A stretch of 64,000 bases of DNA. Origin: an uncultured Acidimicrobiia bacterium (GTDB lineage: Bacteria > Actinomycetota > Acidimicrobiia > Acidimicrobiales > AC-14). Numbering within the stretch: position 1 is the stretch's first letter; the number at the start of each line of letters is the position of its first letter. The position numbers and the translations under genes were made by a program. The stretch spans positions 160,001 through 224,000 of the forward strand of contig CAWIIV010000007.1 of NCBI GenBank assembly GCA_963836205.1, read 5' to 3'. The notes below the pieces were generated by a model. That model ran no database searches, had not been told where the DNA came from, and saw only the letters and a list, made by a program, of their open reading frames with translations. Below, piece after piece: positions 30,329 through 40,145 of the stretch.

Positions 30329-31879
30329 TCAGCCGGCGCGGCGGGCCGCCTGGGCGACGGCGAACTCGAGGCGCCGGCCGAAGGTCTTCTCGAACAGCTG
30401 GCGCTTGCGGCGCCCGCCCCACAGCTCCATCTGGAGGTCGCCGGAGCCGGTGACGTCGACCCGTACCCGTGACTTGTCGACGTCGACGTCGATCGAGGTG
30501 ACGGTGCCCGTGTGGCTGAGGTCGAGGCCGTCGGCGACGCGGAGGATGCCGGCCAGCCTGGTCACCTGCTCCTGGAGCTCGGGGTTGAGGGTGTTGAAGG
30601 GCTCGTGGGAGGGCTTGGGCTCGCCCCGCCGGTGGTAGCGGGCCAGGCAGGCGAGGGCGTCGACCTCCTCCGGGTCGTAGCCCCGGAGCTTCCCGTGCTG
30701 GATCAGGTAGGCGGTGTGCTTGTGATGCGACTCGTGGGCCACGTGGGTGCCGATGTCGTGCAGCAGTGAGGCGTGTTCGAGCAACTCCCGCTCGTCGGGG
30801 CCGTAGCCGTGGAGCGCGGCGGTGGCGTCGAACAGGTCGAGGGCGAGCCGGGCCACGTGGCGGCTGTGGGCCTCGTCCCAGTTGCAGCGGCGGGCCAGTC
30901 CGAGCACCGACGAGCGGCGGATGGCGTGGGCATCGCTCGTCCACAGGGCGGGGTCGGCCCGGCCGATGACCTCGAGCACGATCCCCTCCCGCAGGGCCCA
31001 CGCGCTCATCGTCAGCTCGGCGATGCCGAACAGCTCCATGGCCACCGCCGCCACCATCGAACCGGCTGGCATCTGGTCGGACCGGCGGGCGTCGAGGCCG
31101 ACCATCTTGGTCCGCTGGGCGAGGGTGGCGGCCATGATGTCGGCGTGGACGGCGTCGACGTCCTCCCGGCTGACGGTGACGTGGTTCAACGACGCCGGCA
31201 CCACGCCCGTGCGGCGGGCCGCGGCCATGCGGGCCAGGTCGGACAGGGTGCCGCTGGTGGCGATGGTCATCGTGGGCCGGAGGGAGGCCATCTCCTCCGC
31301 CACCGGGGCCAGGGCGGCGGTGATGCGCTCCCGCAGGCGGCGGGCGTCGTCGGCTGACGGGGGGTCGTCGCGCACCAGCTCGGTGGTGAGGCGGCCGACG
31401 CCCAGGGGGAGGGTGGCCGCTCGTAGCAGGCCCTGGGGGCCGCCCACCATCACTTCCAGGCTGCCGCCGCCCAGGTCGAGGCACAGGGCCGGCCCGGGGT
31501 CGATGACCACGCTGGCCCGCACCGCCTGGAAGATCAGGCGGGCCTCCTCGATCCCGCTCAGGAGGGTCACCCGGACGCCGGTGGCGGCGTAGATGGCGTC
31601 GATGACCTCGCCGCCGTTGTCGGCGTCGCGGATGGCGCTGGTGGCGCAGGCCATGATCTCGACCGCCCCCAGCCCGTCGGCCTGGGACTTGAACCGCTGG
31701 ATGGTTGCGATGGCCTTGGCCAGCCCGGCGTCGGTGACCCGGCCCTCCCGGCTGACCATGTCGCCCAGGCGCAGCGTCTCCTTGTCGCGGGCCAGGGGGA
31801 CGAAATGGCCGTCGGCGGAGGCGTCCACCACCAGCAGGTGGAACGAGTTCGATCCGAGGTCGAAGGCGGCGACGCGCAT
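30329..31879 (-). CDS. ppx: Ppx/GppA family exopolyphosphatase with HD domain
   Basis: AFDLGSNSFH, ATSAIRDA, EEARL, DLGGGSLE, LREG, LHDIG. Confidence 0.93.
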   Translation of the reverse strand: MRVAAFDLGSNSFHLLVVDASADGHFVPLARDKETLRLGDMVSREGRVTDAGLAKAIATIQRFKSQADGLGAVEIMACATSAIRDADNGGEVIDAIYAATGVRVTLLSGIEEARLIFQAVRASVVIDPGPALCLDLGGGSLEVMVGGPQGLLRAATLPLGVGRLTTELVRDDPPSADDARRLRERITAALAPVAEEMASLRPTMTIATSGTLSDLARMAAARRTGVVPASLNHVTVSREDVDAVHADIMAATLAQRTKMVGLDARRSDQMPAGSMVAAVAMELFGIAELTMSAWALREGIVLEVIGRADPALWTSDAHAIRRSSVLGLARRCNWDEAHSRHVARLALDLFDATAALHGYGPDERELLEHASLLHDIGTHVAHESHHKHTAYLIQHGKLRGYDPEEVDALACLARYHRRGEPKPSHEPFNTLNPELQEQVTRLAGILRVADGLDLSHTGTVTSIDVDVDKSRVRVDVTGSGDLQMELWGGRRKRQLFEKTFGRRLEFAVAQAARRAG

Positions 31880-31948
31880 GGGTGTCTTTCGATGGTACGA
31901 CCGGAAGGTGGCCTACCCGGGACGAGCCGGCAAACGGCTGGTGAACGG

Positions 31949-32410
31949 TCAGGTCGGTACGGGCGGTGGGGGCAGGTAGCGGACGGGGGCCAGCTGCCCG
32001 TCCTTTCCCTCCACGATCCAGGTCGAACCCTTGGCCATGGCCAGCTCATCGTCGTGGTGGGCGAGGCCCACGAGGAGGTTCCAGACCACGTCGCCGTGGG
32101 TGCAGAGGACGGCGGTGGCGCCGGCCAGCTCGGCCACGAGAGCGCTCACGTCGGCCGTCGACGAGCCCTCGGCCAGCGCCGGGTGGACCTCGACCGACCG
32201 CCGCCGCGCACTGGCGAGGGGGACGACCGTCTCCAGGCACCGCACGTAGTGGCTGGACAGGATGGGACCGGTCGGAAACTCGGCCAGCAGGTCGACCAGC
32301 CCCACCGCCTGGCGGCGGCCCTTCCCCGACAGCGGCCGCCGTTCGTCGGGACCCTCCCATCGCTCCCGGTCGCCGGCGTGGGCGTGGCGGACGACGAGGA
32401 GCGTGGTCAA
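31949..32410 (-). CDS. Histidine phosphatase (SixA/phosphoglycerate mutase family)
   Basis: LVVRHAHAG, RPLSGKG, RCLET, CTHGD. TTG start overlaps the upstream stop. Confidence 0.88.
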   Translation of the reverse strand: MTTLLVVRHAHAGDRERWEGPDERRPLSGKGRRQAVGLVDLLAEFPTGPILSSHYVRCLETVVPLASARRRSVEVHPALAEGSSTADVSALVAELAGATAVLCTHGDVVWNLLVGLAHHDDELAMAKGSTWIVEGKDGQLAPVRYLPPPPVPT

Positions 32411-32868
32411 CCCTCCACCTTCAGCGAGCGCAGGACCTCCCGGTCGCGGTCGTAGCTGAGGAGGTCGGCCGCGTCGTCGACGGGGAGCCAGCGCACGTCG
32501 TCGACCTCGTCGTTGGGCACGAAGGTCGATGACACGTCCCCGGCTTCCCCGACGATCGGCGTCATGGCCCAGTAGCGAACGGTCTTGTCCCGGCCGAAAC
32601 GGTCCTGATAGGAGCTGCTCGGCAGCTCCGGCCCCAACCGGCAGCGCAGCCCCGTCTCCTCCTCGACCTCCCGGATGGCGGCGTCGGCCTCGTCCTCCCC
32701 CTCGTGGAGCTTGCCCTTGGGCAGGCTCCAGTCGTCGTACTTGGGCCGGTGGACGAGGATCACCACCGGCTGGCCGTCGTCCGCCCGCTTCCACACCACC
32801 CCGCCCCCCGCCCGCACCGGCCCGGGCGAGCGGCCCAGACCGAGGCGGCCCAGGCTCAGGGGAGCCAC
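32407..32868 (-). CDS. NUDIX hydrolase (MutT1 N-terminal-domain-like)
   Basis: VHRPKYDDWSLPKGKLHEGE..AAIREVEEETG (Nudix box), PNDEVD. Confidence 0.9.
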   Translation of the reverse strand: MAPLSLGRLGLGRSPGPVRAGGGVVWKRADDGQPVVILVHRPKYDDWSLPKGKLHEGEDEADAAIREVEEETGLRCRLGPELPSSSYQDRFGRDKTVRYWAMTPIVGEAGDVSSTFVPNDEVDDVRWLPVDDAADLLSYDRDREVLRSLKVEG

Positions 32869-34358
32869 GTGCGCAGCTTCGGATCCTTCGCCTCGCGCCA
32901 CGCGGCCCACCACGCCTGCCGGCAGGCCTCGGCCTCCGCCCGTTCCATGGCGATGAGCTCGCCCGCCACCAGGGCCGAGACGCCCTCGTCGGTCGCCGCC
33001 TCCCGCAGCCAGGTCTCGGCCACGGTGGCGTCCTGGTGGTCGCCGAGCACACCCTGGAGCCCGGCCACCGCCGAGGCCAGGGCCTTGGCCTTCTTGCCCA
33101 CCACCGGCGCCACCGCCTCCACCGCGTAGCGGACCCGCTTGGCCCGGATGCGCACCGCGTGCAGCTGTTCGTCGGGCGGCGGGTCGTCGAGATCCTTGAC
33201 CGACTTGGCCAGCTTCTTCCACGGCTTGAGGACGAGGGCGGGCAGCACCGCGGTGGCCTTGCCGTCGGCCTCGGGGAGCAGGCTCGGCTCCTGGGCCGCG
33301 ATCACCAGCCGATCGAGGAGGGCGACGTAGCGGGGACCGGCCATGGCGTCGAGCAGGGTGGCCCGGGCCTCCTCCCGCTGCTGGACCAGCCGGCGGACGA
33401 TGCTGGCCGCGCCACCGGCGTCGGCCGGATCCAGGGTGGCGGCCTGGCGGCGGAGCCGCTCGAGGAGGACGTCGGCGTCTCGGACCGTGCCCAGCGCTCC
33501 ACCAAGCCACTTCAGCTCGGCGACCAGCTCGGCCAGCCACTCGGGGTCGAGGAGCGACTCGAACGTCTGCAGGTCTGAGCGCAGGCGGCGGGTGCCCACC
33601 CGGGCCTGGTGGACGTCCTCGGGATCGTCGCCGATGCGAACGCCCGCGTCGTGGCGGAGGATGCGGATCACCGATGCCGCCATGGCTCCCCGCACCACGT
33701 CGCCGGCGGTGGCGTCGGCGCCCGGCTTCGCCTCCACCAGCTCGGCCCGTTCGCGGGCCCGCGCCCCCAGCGCCCGCACCACCTTGGGGATCGGGTCCAC
33801 CGCGCCCGCGCCGGCGGCCCGCAGGGCTGCGACCACGGCCTCCAGGAGGGCGCCGCCGGCCCCCGCCTCCAGCTCCACCTCGATCTCGCGGAAGCGGCTG
33901 GCCAGCTTCCGGCCCTCGTACACCGACACCTCGTCGTCGACCACCTCGGCCAGCCGCTGGCCCTCGGCATCGAGCAGCTCGACGCCCCGGCGGACGGTGC
34001 GCAGGCGGGCGGCCGCCACCAGCCGCGCGCTGCGGGCGTAGGCCCGCACCAGGCCGGCCACCTCCAAGGGCACGGTGCTCGACGCCGTCCCCTGGAAGGT
34101 GAGCTCCCGGCGGACGAGCGCGGGGCCGTCCTCGCCGTCGGCCAGCTTCACCGTCCACCCGGTGCCGTCGCCGCTGCGGTAGCGGAGGCTGGCGCCCCAC
34201 CGGGCCAGCCGGAGGTCGGCGGTGTCGTAGTAGACGGCGTCGAGCCGGCGCTCGGGCAGGGCCCGGACGGTTACCCCTTCAAGCACGCCGGTGAGGTCGG
34301 GCAGGGCGAACCCGGCCCACGCCCCCAGCTTCGCCTCCCGCTCCCGCGTCGCCTTCAT
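32856..34358 (-). CDS. CYTH + CHAD domain polyphosphate-associated protein
   Basis: N-terminal EREAK (ExExK), YYDT, LRYR, EIEVEL. CHAD motifs VHQARVGTRRLRS, RDADV, LHAVRIRAKRVRY, LGDHQD. Confidence 0.9.
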   Translation of the reverse strand: MKATREREAKLGAWAGFALPDLTGVLEGVTVRALPERRLDAVYYDTADLRLARWGASLRYRSGDGTGWTVKLADGEDGPALVRRELTFQGTASSTVPLEVAGLVRAYARSARLVAAARLRTVRRGVELLDAEGQRLAEVVDDEVSVYEGRKLASRFREIEVELEAGAGGALLEAVVAALRAAGAGAVDPIPKVVRALGARARERAELVEAKPGADATAGDVVRGAMAASVIRILRHDAGVRIGDDPEDVHQARVGTRRLRSDLQTFESLLDPEWLAELVAELKWLGGALGTVRDADVLLERLRRQAATLDPADAGGAASIVRRLVQQREEARATLLDAMAGPRYVALLDRLVIAAQEPSLLPEADGKATAVLPALVLKPWKKLAKSVKDLDDPPPDEQLHAVRIRAKRVRYAVEAVAPVVGKKAKALASAVAGLQGVLGDHQDATVAETWLREAATDEGVSALVAGELIAMERAEAEACRQAWWAAWREAKDPKLRTWLP

Positions 34359-34400
34359 CTGGTCGCCTTCATCGGGTCGCCTTCATCGGGTCGCCTTCAC
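34348..34400 (-). repeat. 14-bp tandem repeat (about 4 copies) between the ppk1 stop and the CYTH-CHAD start
   Basis: Plus strand gtcgccttcatctg / gtcgccttcatcgg / gtcgccttcatcgg / gtcgccttcac. Confidence 0.9.
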
Positions 34401-36580
34401 GGCTGGGGACCGGCGCCGGGGCCGGTCGTCATCGGGGTCTTGCGCTCGGGATCGCGGCGGGCGCGGATGAGGGCCAGCTCCTGCAGGCGGTCGTGGGTGT
34501 TGCACCGGCCGCGGGGGCTGACCCGGCTCCACTGCCCGTCGGCGCCCAGCGTCCAGGCCAGGACGTCGTCGGCCAGATTGACGTCGAGGATCTCCTGGAG
34601 GCGGGGGGTGAGGGCGGGGTCGACCACGGGTGTCACCGCCTCCACCCGGCGGTCGAGGTTGCGGGGCATGAGGTCGGCCGACCCTATGTAGTAGTGGCGC
34701 TCGGCCCGGTCGCCGAAGGCGAAGATCCGGGAGTGCTCGAGGTAGCGGCCCACGATCGACCGCACCCGGATGTTCTCCGACAGCCCCGGCACCCCCGGGC
34801 GCAGGCAGCAGATCCCCCGGACGATGAGGTCGATGCTCACGCCGGCCGACGACGCCTCGTACAGGGCGGTGATGAGGTCCCAGTCGACCAGGCTGTTCAT
34901 CTTCATCACGATCCGGCCGGGACCGTCGGGGTCGGTCTTCTCGTTGCGGATGAGCTCGGTGAGCCGGGCCCGCAGGGAGGTGTTGGCCACCAGCAGGCGC
35001 TTGTACTGCACGTGGCGGCTGTAGCCGGTGAGGAAGTTGAACAGGCGGCCGAGGTCGGCGGTGAGGTCCTCGTCGGCGGTGAGGAGGCCGATGTCCTCGT
35101 AGAGGCGGGCGGTGCTGGCGTTGTAGTTGCCGGTCCCCACGTGGCAGTAGCGGCGCAGCCCGTCGGCCTCGTTGCGCACCACCAGGGCCGTCTTGGTGTG
35201 GGTCTTGAGCCCGACCAGCCCGTAGACGACGTGCACGCCCGCCTCTTCCAGGGCCCGGGCCCAGGCGATGTTGGCCATCTCGTCGAAGCGGGCCTTGAGC
35301 TCGATGAGCACGACGACCTGCTTGCCCGCCTCCGACGCGTCGATCAGGGCCTTCACGATGGCGCTGTCGCCCGACGTGCGGTACAGGGTCTGCTTGATGG
35401 CGAGCACGTTGGGGTCGGCCGCCGCCTGGCGCACGAAGGCCTCCACCGAGGCGGTGAACGACTCGTAGGGGTGGTGGACGAGCACGTCCTGCGACCGGAG
35501 CACGGTGAAGATGTCGCCCGGCGTCTCGCCGATGCCGGCCAGGGCGGGGGGGACCACGGGCATCCACGGCTCGTCCTTGAGGTCGGGACGGTCGAGGCCG
35601 TGCAGCGCCCACAGGCCCCCGAGGTCGAGGGGACCGTCGATCTCGTAGACGTCGTCGTCGTCGAGGGCCAGCTCGTGGACGAGGAGCCGGCGGACCTCGG
35701 CCGGCATGCCCCGGTCGATCTCCAGGCGGACGGCCTCGCCGAAGCGGCGCCGGCGCAGGTTGAGGTCGATGGCGGCCAGCAGGTCGTCGGCCTCGCCCTC
35801 CTCCAGGTCGAGGTCGGCGTCGCGGGTGACCCGGAAGGTGCAGTGCGACTCCACTTCCATGCCCGGGAACAGCTCCCCCAAGCGGGCGGCGATGATCTGT
35901 TCGAGGGGGACGAACCGCTCGCCGTCGGGCAGGGGCACGAACCGGGGCAGGGGCGCGGGCACCTTCACCCGGGCGAACCGGCGCTCGCCGGTACGGGGGT
36001 TGCGCACGAGCACGGCCAGGTTCAGCGACAGGCTGGAGATGTGGGGGAAGGGGTGGCCCGGGTCGACCGCCAGCGGCGTGAGCACCGGGAAGATGCGCTT
36101 GTCGAACAGTTCCCCCAGGAAGGCCCGGTCGTCGTCGTCGATCTGGTCCCACCCGCACAGCAGGATCCCGGCCGCCGCCATCGCCGGCACCACCCGATCG
36201 GAGAAGATCTTCGACTCCTCGTCCATCAGGTCGACCACCCGCAGCCGGATGGCCCGCAGCTGCTCCGTGGGCGTGAGCCCGTCGGGCGAGGAGCCGCCCA
36301 GGCGGGCCGCCTCCTGCTCCTTGAGGATCGCCACCCGCACCTGGAAGAACTCGTCGAGGTTGCTGGCGAAGATGGCGAGGAACTTGGCCCGTTCGAGCAC
36401 CGGGGTGCCGGTCACGTCGGCCTGGGCCAACACCCGGTAGTTGAACTCGAGCCAGCTCAGCTCCCGGTTGAGGTAGGGCGAATCGGGGGTGGGACGGGGG
36501 AACTCGCGGACGACCCCGGTGGTGGGCTCGGCGACACCCGCGACGACCTCCGGGGTGGCAGATGCGGCGGGGTCCGGCAC
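34397..36580 (-). CDS. ppk1: Polyphosphate kinase 1
   Basis: YLNRELSWLEFN, NLDEFFQVR, HPFP, HHPYESF, IKQTLYR, ELKARFDE, KTHTK, GTGNYN, GRYLEHSR, SADLMPRNL. Confidence 0.97.
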   Translation of the reverse strand: MPDPAASATPEVVAGVAEPTTGVVREFPRPTPDSPYLNRELSWLEFNYRVLAQADVTGTPVLERAKFLAIFASNLDEFFQVRVAILKEQEAARLGGSSPDGLTPTEQLRAIRLRVVDLMDEESKIFSDRVVPAMAAAGILLCGWDQIDDDDRAFLGELFDKRIFPVLTPLAVDPGHPFPHISSLSLNLAVLVRNPRTGERRFARVKVPAPLPRFVPLPDGERFVPLEQIIAARLGELFPGMEVESHCTFRVTRDADLDLEEGEADDLLAAIDLNLRRRRFGEAVRLEIDRGMPAEVRRLLVHELALDDDDVYEIDGPLDLGGLWALHGLDRPDLKDEPWMPVVPPALAGIGETPGDIFTVLRSQDVLVHHPYESFTASVEAFVRQAAADPNVLAIKQTLYRTSGDSAIVKALIDASEAGKQVVVLIELKARFDEMANIAWARALEEAGVHVVYGLVGLKTHTKTALVVRNEADGLRRYCHVGTGNYNASTARLYEDIGLLTADEDLTADLGRLFNFLTGYSRHVQYKRLLVANTSLRARLTELIRNEKTDPDGPGRIVMKMNSLVDWDLITALYEASSAGVSIDLIVRGICCLRPGVPGLSENIRVRSIVGRYLEHSRIFAFGDRAERHYYIGSADLMPRNLDRRVEAVTPVVDPALTPRLQEILDVNLADDVLAWTLGADGQWSRVSPRGRCNTHDRLQELALIRARRDPERKTPMTTGPGAGPQP

Positions 36581-36814
36581 TGTCCTCCCGTTCCTCCGGC
36601 TTGAAGACTGGACCGCTGGAAGACTTGACGCGCGAAGCGGCTCGGCAGGCGAGCGCTGCGGTCAGGCTAGCCCGTCCGGCGGGCGAACCGGAAGGGGCCG
36701 TCGGGTGAACAATTCCTGGCATGCAAGTGGTCGGCGCCTGGTTTTCTACGGCTGTTCAGGTCCGATGACGACAGTGGAAACTCGCCCGTCACCCGGCCGG
36801 CCCACACTCCACTG

Positions 36815-37692
36815 GTGGCCGTCACGCTCGTCCCGCCCTCCACCTCGGAGACGCGCCCGCGCGACGGCCGAGGTGTCGACCAGCACCCGTCGTCGATCCC
36901 GACGGTGCTCGTCACCAACGACGACGGCGTCGCCGCGCCCGGCCTGGCCTCGCTCGCGGCGGCCGCGGCCGGGATCGGCCACGTCGTCGTGGTCGCCCCT
37001 GTCGACGACCGCAGCGGGGCGGGGGCGGCGGTGGCGCCGGCGTGGCTCGACGAGGGCATCCGCCTGTCGAAGGTCTTCGTCGAGGGGCTCGGGCCGGCCT
37101 ACGCGGTCGACGGCCCGCCCGCCCTGTGCGTCCTGGCCGGCGTGTCGGGCGGGCTCGGCGTGCGGCCCCGGATGGTCGTGGCCGGCGTCAACCGGGGCCC
37201 CAACACCGGCCTCGCCATCCTCCACTCGGGCACGGTGGGCGCGGCCCTCACCGCCGGCAACCTCGGCTTCCCCGCCCTCGCCGTCAGCATCGACTCCACC
37301 GCTCCCGTTCATCTCGACACCGCCACCACGGTGGCGGCGGCCGCGATGGGCTGGCTGCTCCAGGCGCCCGCGGGCACGGTGCTCAACGTCAACGTGCCCG
37401 ACCTGCCGTTCCACCAGGTCCGAGGCGTCCGAGAGGCCCCCTCGCCCGCTTCGGCACGGTGGAGGCCACCATGCGGGCGGTGGGCGCCGGGGCCGGCGAC
37501 ACCCTCCACGTCCGGCTGGGCACGGGTGGGGGTAGGTCCGACGGGGGTACCGACGCCACCCTGCTGGCAGCCGGCTTCGTCACCGTGACCTGCGTGGCGG
37601 GCGTTCGCTTCGGAGGCTGGACGGGCGTGGCCCTCCCGATCAACCAGGCCCTTCGCTCTCGTAGCGGTAGCCCAGCTTTCGGAAGGTCGTGA
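36815..37692 (+). CDS. surE: SurE-family nucleotidase/phosphatase, frameshifted at a C-run near 37437-37441
   Basis: LVTNDDG..APG, VVAP...SG, GVNRGPN, SGTVGAA, LNVNVP. One missing C shifts the C-terminus into ORF 37042..37692. Confidence 0.82.
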
Positions 37693-38350
37693 TCCGGCTG
37701 GTGTCGGCCCCGCCGCCCTCGATCTTGGCCCGCAGCCGTTTCAGGTGGGCGTCGAGCGTGGCCGCCCGGCTCTGCGGCCCCGGTCCCCACACCTCCTGGA
37801 TCAGGAACCGGCGGGGGACGATGCGCCCCGCCCGTTCGAGGAGGATGCGCAGCACGCCGAACTCCTTGAGCGTGAGCTCCACCCGTCGGTCGCCGACCCA
37901 CACCTCGTGGGCGGACCGGTCGAGGCGGATGTCGCCCACCCGCACGACCGACGTCGCTTCCTGCCGGCGCTGTTGCTCCTCGGCCCGGCGGAGCAGGCCC
38001 CGCGCCCGGGCCCGAAGCTCGCGGAGGTCGACCGGCTTGACCACGTAGTCGTCGGCCCCCACCTCGAGGGCGACGGCGACCTCGAGCTCGGAGTCGACCG
38101 TGGTGACCACGACGATGGGCACGGTCGATGCCGACCGGAGCCGGCGGCACACGTCCAACCCGGGCTGGTCGGGAAGCACCAGCTCGAGCAGGACCAGGTC
38201 GGGAGGGTCGGCATGGAAGGCGGCGACGGCCGCCCGGCCGTCGGGGGCGTGCACCGAGACGAACCCGGCCTCGGCCAGGCCGTCGGCCACCCGCCGGACG
38301 CAGGCGTCGTCGGGGTCGACGATCAGGACGGTGGGCGGGGACGGTGCCAT
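37640..38350 (-). CDS. OmpR/RegX3-like response regulator with Glu at the phospho-acceptor position
   Basis: PDLVLLELVLP versus PDVVLLDLMLP in the neighbouring regX3; LEVGADDYVVKP; winged-helix HLKRLRAKIE...GYR. Confidence 0.88.
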   Translation of the reverse strand: MAPSPPTVLIVDPDDACVRRVADGLAEAGFVSVHAPDGRAAVAAFHADPPDLVLLELVLPDQPGLDVCRRLRSASTVPIVVVTTVDSELEVAVALEVGADDYVVKPVDLRELRARARGLLRRAEEQQRRQEATSVVRVGDIRLDRSAHEVWVGDRRVELTLKEFGVLRILLERAGRIVPRRFLIQEVWGPGPQSRAATLDAHLKRLRAKIEGGGADTSRITTFRKLGYRYESEGPG

Positions 38351-38671
38351 CGGGTCCCGGCGACGGTACGGACCGGCGGTTGCCGTCCGCCGACGGCCAG
38401 GTGAACCCCGGGTGAGCCGGGGGAGAACAGTCGGTGCCGGCCGGTGAGGGAGATTCACGCGCGGTCCACCCGCTGATCCCCCGGCCGACAACGGGCGTTC
38501 ATCGGGGTGGGATAGACCTGCACGCAGTGGCCCGAGCGGGGCGCCGTCCCACGACCGCGGCGCCCCACTCCGGCGTGGGCCACGATCGGCCCGGGGCCGG
38601 CACGGGGGGTACCGTGACTCTGCACATTGCGGACGTGCGTCGGCGGGCCGTCCCGGACTGGGGAGAACGCC

Positions 38672-39421
38672 ATGAAAGCCATCGCTCGTAGTCGCTACCT
38701 CCTCGCTTGCATCCTGGGCACCGCGTTGGTGCTGGGGCTGGGCGGCAGCGGGCTGGTGTACGCCGCCGGTTCCGCCCAGGTCACCGACCCCACGCTCCAC
38801 ACCTGCTACCCGTCCACCGCGACATCGCTTCAGCCGCTCTTCGTGACCCGGACCGGCGTCTGCCCCACCGGGTTCACCGCCATCGACATCAGCCAGCGAG
38901 GCCCGCAGGGGCCGCCAGGACCCCAGGGGCCCATCGGTCCGACCGGACCCCAGGGCGCGACCGGAGCCACGGGTGCGACCGGGCCCACCGGCCCCACCGG
39001 CCCAAGGGGCCTGACCGGCCTGACCGGTGCGACCGGGCCCACTGGTCCGACCGGGCCCACCGGTCCAACCGGTCCACGGGGCCTCACCGGTCCGACCGGT
39101 CCCCAAGGCGCCGCCTGCCTGGCGACCAACCCCGCCTGCCGAGGCCCGGCCGGCGCGGCCGGGCCGGCGGGCGTCTCCGGCTACGAGGTCGTTCACAGCG
39201 GCGACATCGTGTTCGAGGCGTTCGAGACCAAGGACTTCTTCGTGGACTGCCCGGCCGGCAAGACCGCGATCTCGGCCGGCTGGGGGATCCTCGGCGGCCA
39301 GTCGGCGGTCGACCTGATCGGTTCCGTCCCCTCTGGGCAGTCGTGGGGCTTCCGCGGCGACAACCCGGCCGCAGTCAGCCAGTTCGCCCGGGCCACGGTG
39401 GTGTGCGCCTTCACGTCCTGA
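38672..39421 (+). CDS. Secreted collagen-like protein
   Basis: Signal peptide, about 25 consecutive Gly-X-Y triplets (GPT/GAT-rich), small Cys-containing C-terminal domain (CPAGK..ISAGW). Confidence 0.88.
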   Translation: MKAIARSRYLLACILGTALVLGLGGSGLVYAAGSAQVTDPTLHTCYPSTATSLQPLFVTRTGVCPTGFTAIDISQRGPQGPPGPQGPIGPTGPQGATGATGATGPTGPTGPRGLTGLTGATGPTGPTGPTGPTGPRGLTGPTGPQGAACLATNPACRGPAGAAGPAGVSGYEVVHSGDIVFEAFETKDFFVDCPAGKTAISAGWGILGGQSAVDLIGSVPSGQSWGFRGDNPAAVSQFARATVVCAFTS

Positions 39422-39440
39422 CGGGCGGCCGCCTGCCCGG

Positions 39441-40145
39441 CTACTTCTCGTACCGGTAGCCCAGGCCCCGAATCGTCGTGATGCGGCTGGGCCGGGCCGG
39501 GTCGTCCTCGATCTTCGACCGCAGCCGCTTGACGTGGACGTCGAGGGTCTTGGTGTCCCCGACGTAGTTCGGACCCCAGATGCGGTCGATCAGGGTGTCG
39601 CGGGTGAGGACGCGGCCGGCGTTGTCGAGCAGCAGCTCGAGTAGCTCGAACTCCCGCAGCGGCAGGGCGACCTCGGAGCCCCGCACCATCACCCGGTGGC
39701 GTTCGGCGTCGAGGGCGACGTCGCCCACTTCGAGCACCTCCACCGAACCGTCATCGGGCTCCGGCTCCGGCCCCGCCCGGCGCAGCACGGCCCGCACCCG
39801 GGCCACCAGCTCCCGCAGCCGGTAGGGCTTGGTGACGTAGTCGTCGGCCCCCACTTCCAGGCCCACCACCGCGTCGACCTCGGAGTCCTTGGCCGTGACC
39901 ATGATGATGGGGATCGACGACCGGGCCCGGATGTGCCGGCACACGTCGATGCCCGAGATCCGGGGGAGCATGAGGTCGAGAAGGACGACGTCGGGACGGG
40001 AGGCGTCGAACGACTCGATGGCCTCGGCCCCGTCCCGGGCGACGCGCACCGCGAAGCCCTCCCGGGTCAGACCCAGGGTGAGAGCCTCGACGAAGGACTC
40101 CTCGTCCTCCACCACCAGCACCGTCGGGCGGGTGTCGGCGATCAC
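39441..40145 (-). CDS. regX3: Phosphate-regulon response regulator RegX3
   Basis: VVEDEES, LLDLMLP, AKDSEVDAVVGLEVGADDYVTKP, YVGDTKTLDVHVKRLRSKIE. Confidence 0.92.
   Translation of the reverse strand: MIADTRPTVLVVEDEESFVEALTLGLTREGFAVRVARDGAEAIESFDASRPDVVLLDLMLPRISGIDVCRHIRARSSIPIIMVTAKDSEVDAVVGLEVGADDYVTKPYRLRELVARVRAVLRRAGPEPEPDDGSVEVLEVGDVALDAERHRVMVRGSEVALPLREFELLELLLDNAGRVLTRDTLIDRIWGPNYVGDTKTLDVHVKRLRSKIEDDPARPSRITTIRGLGYRYEK

Noticed and set aside
38899-39115. 9-bp periodic repeats
   Set aside because: Explained by collagen Gly-X-Y coding.
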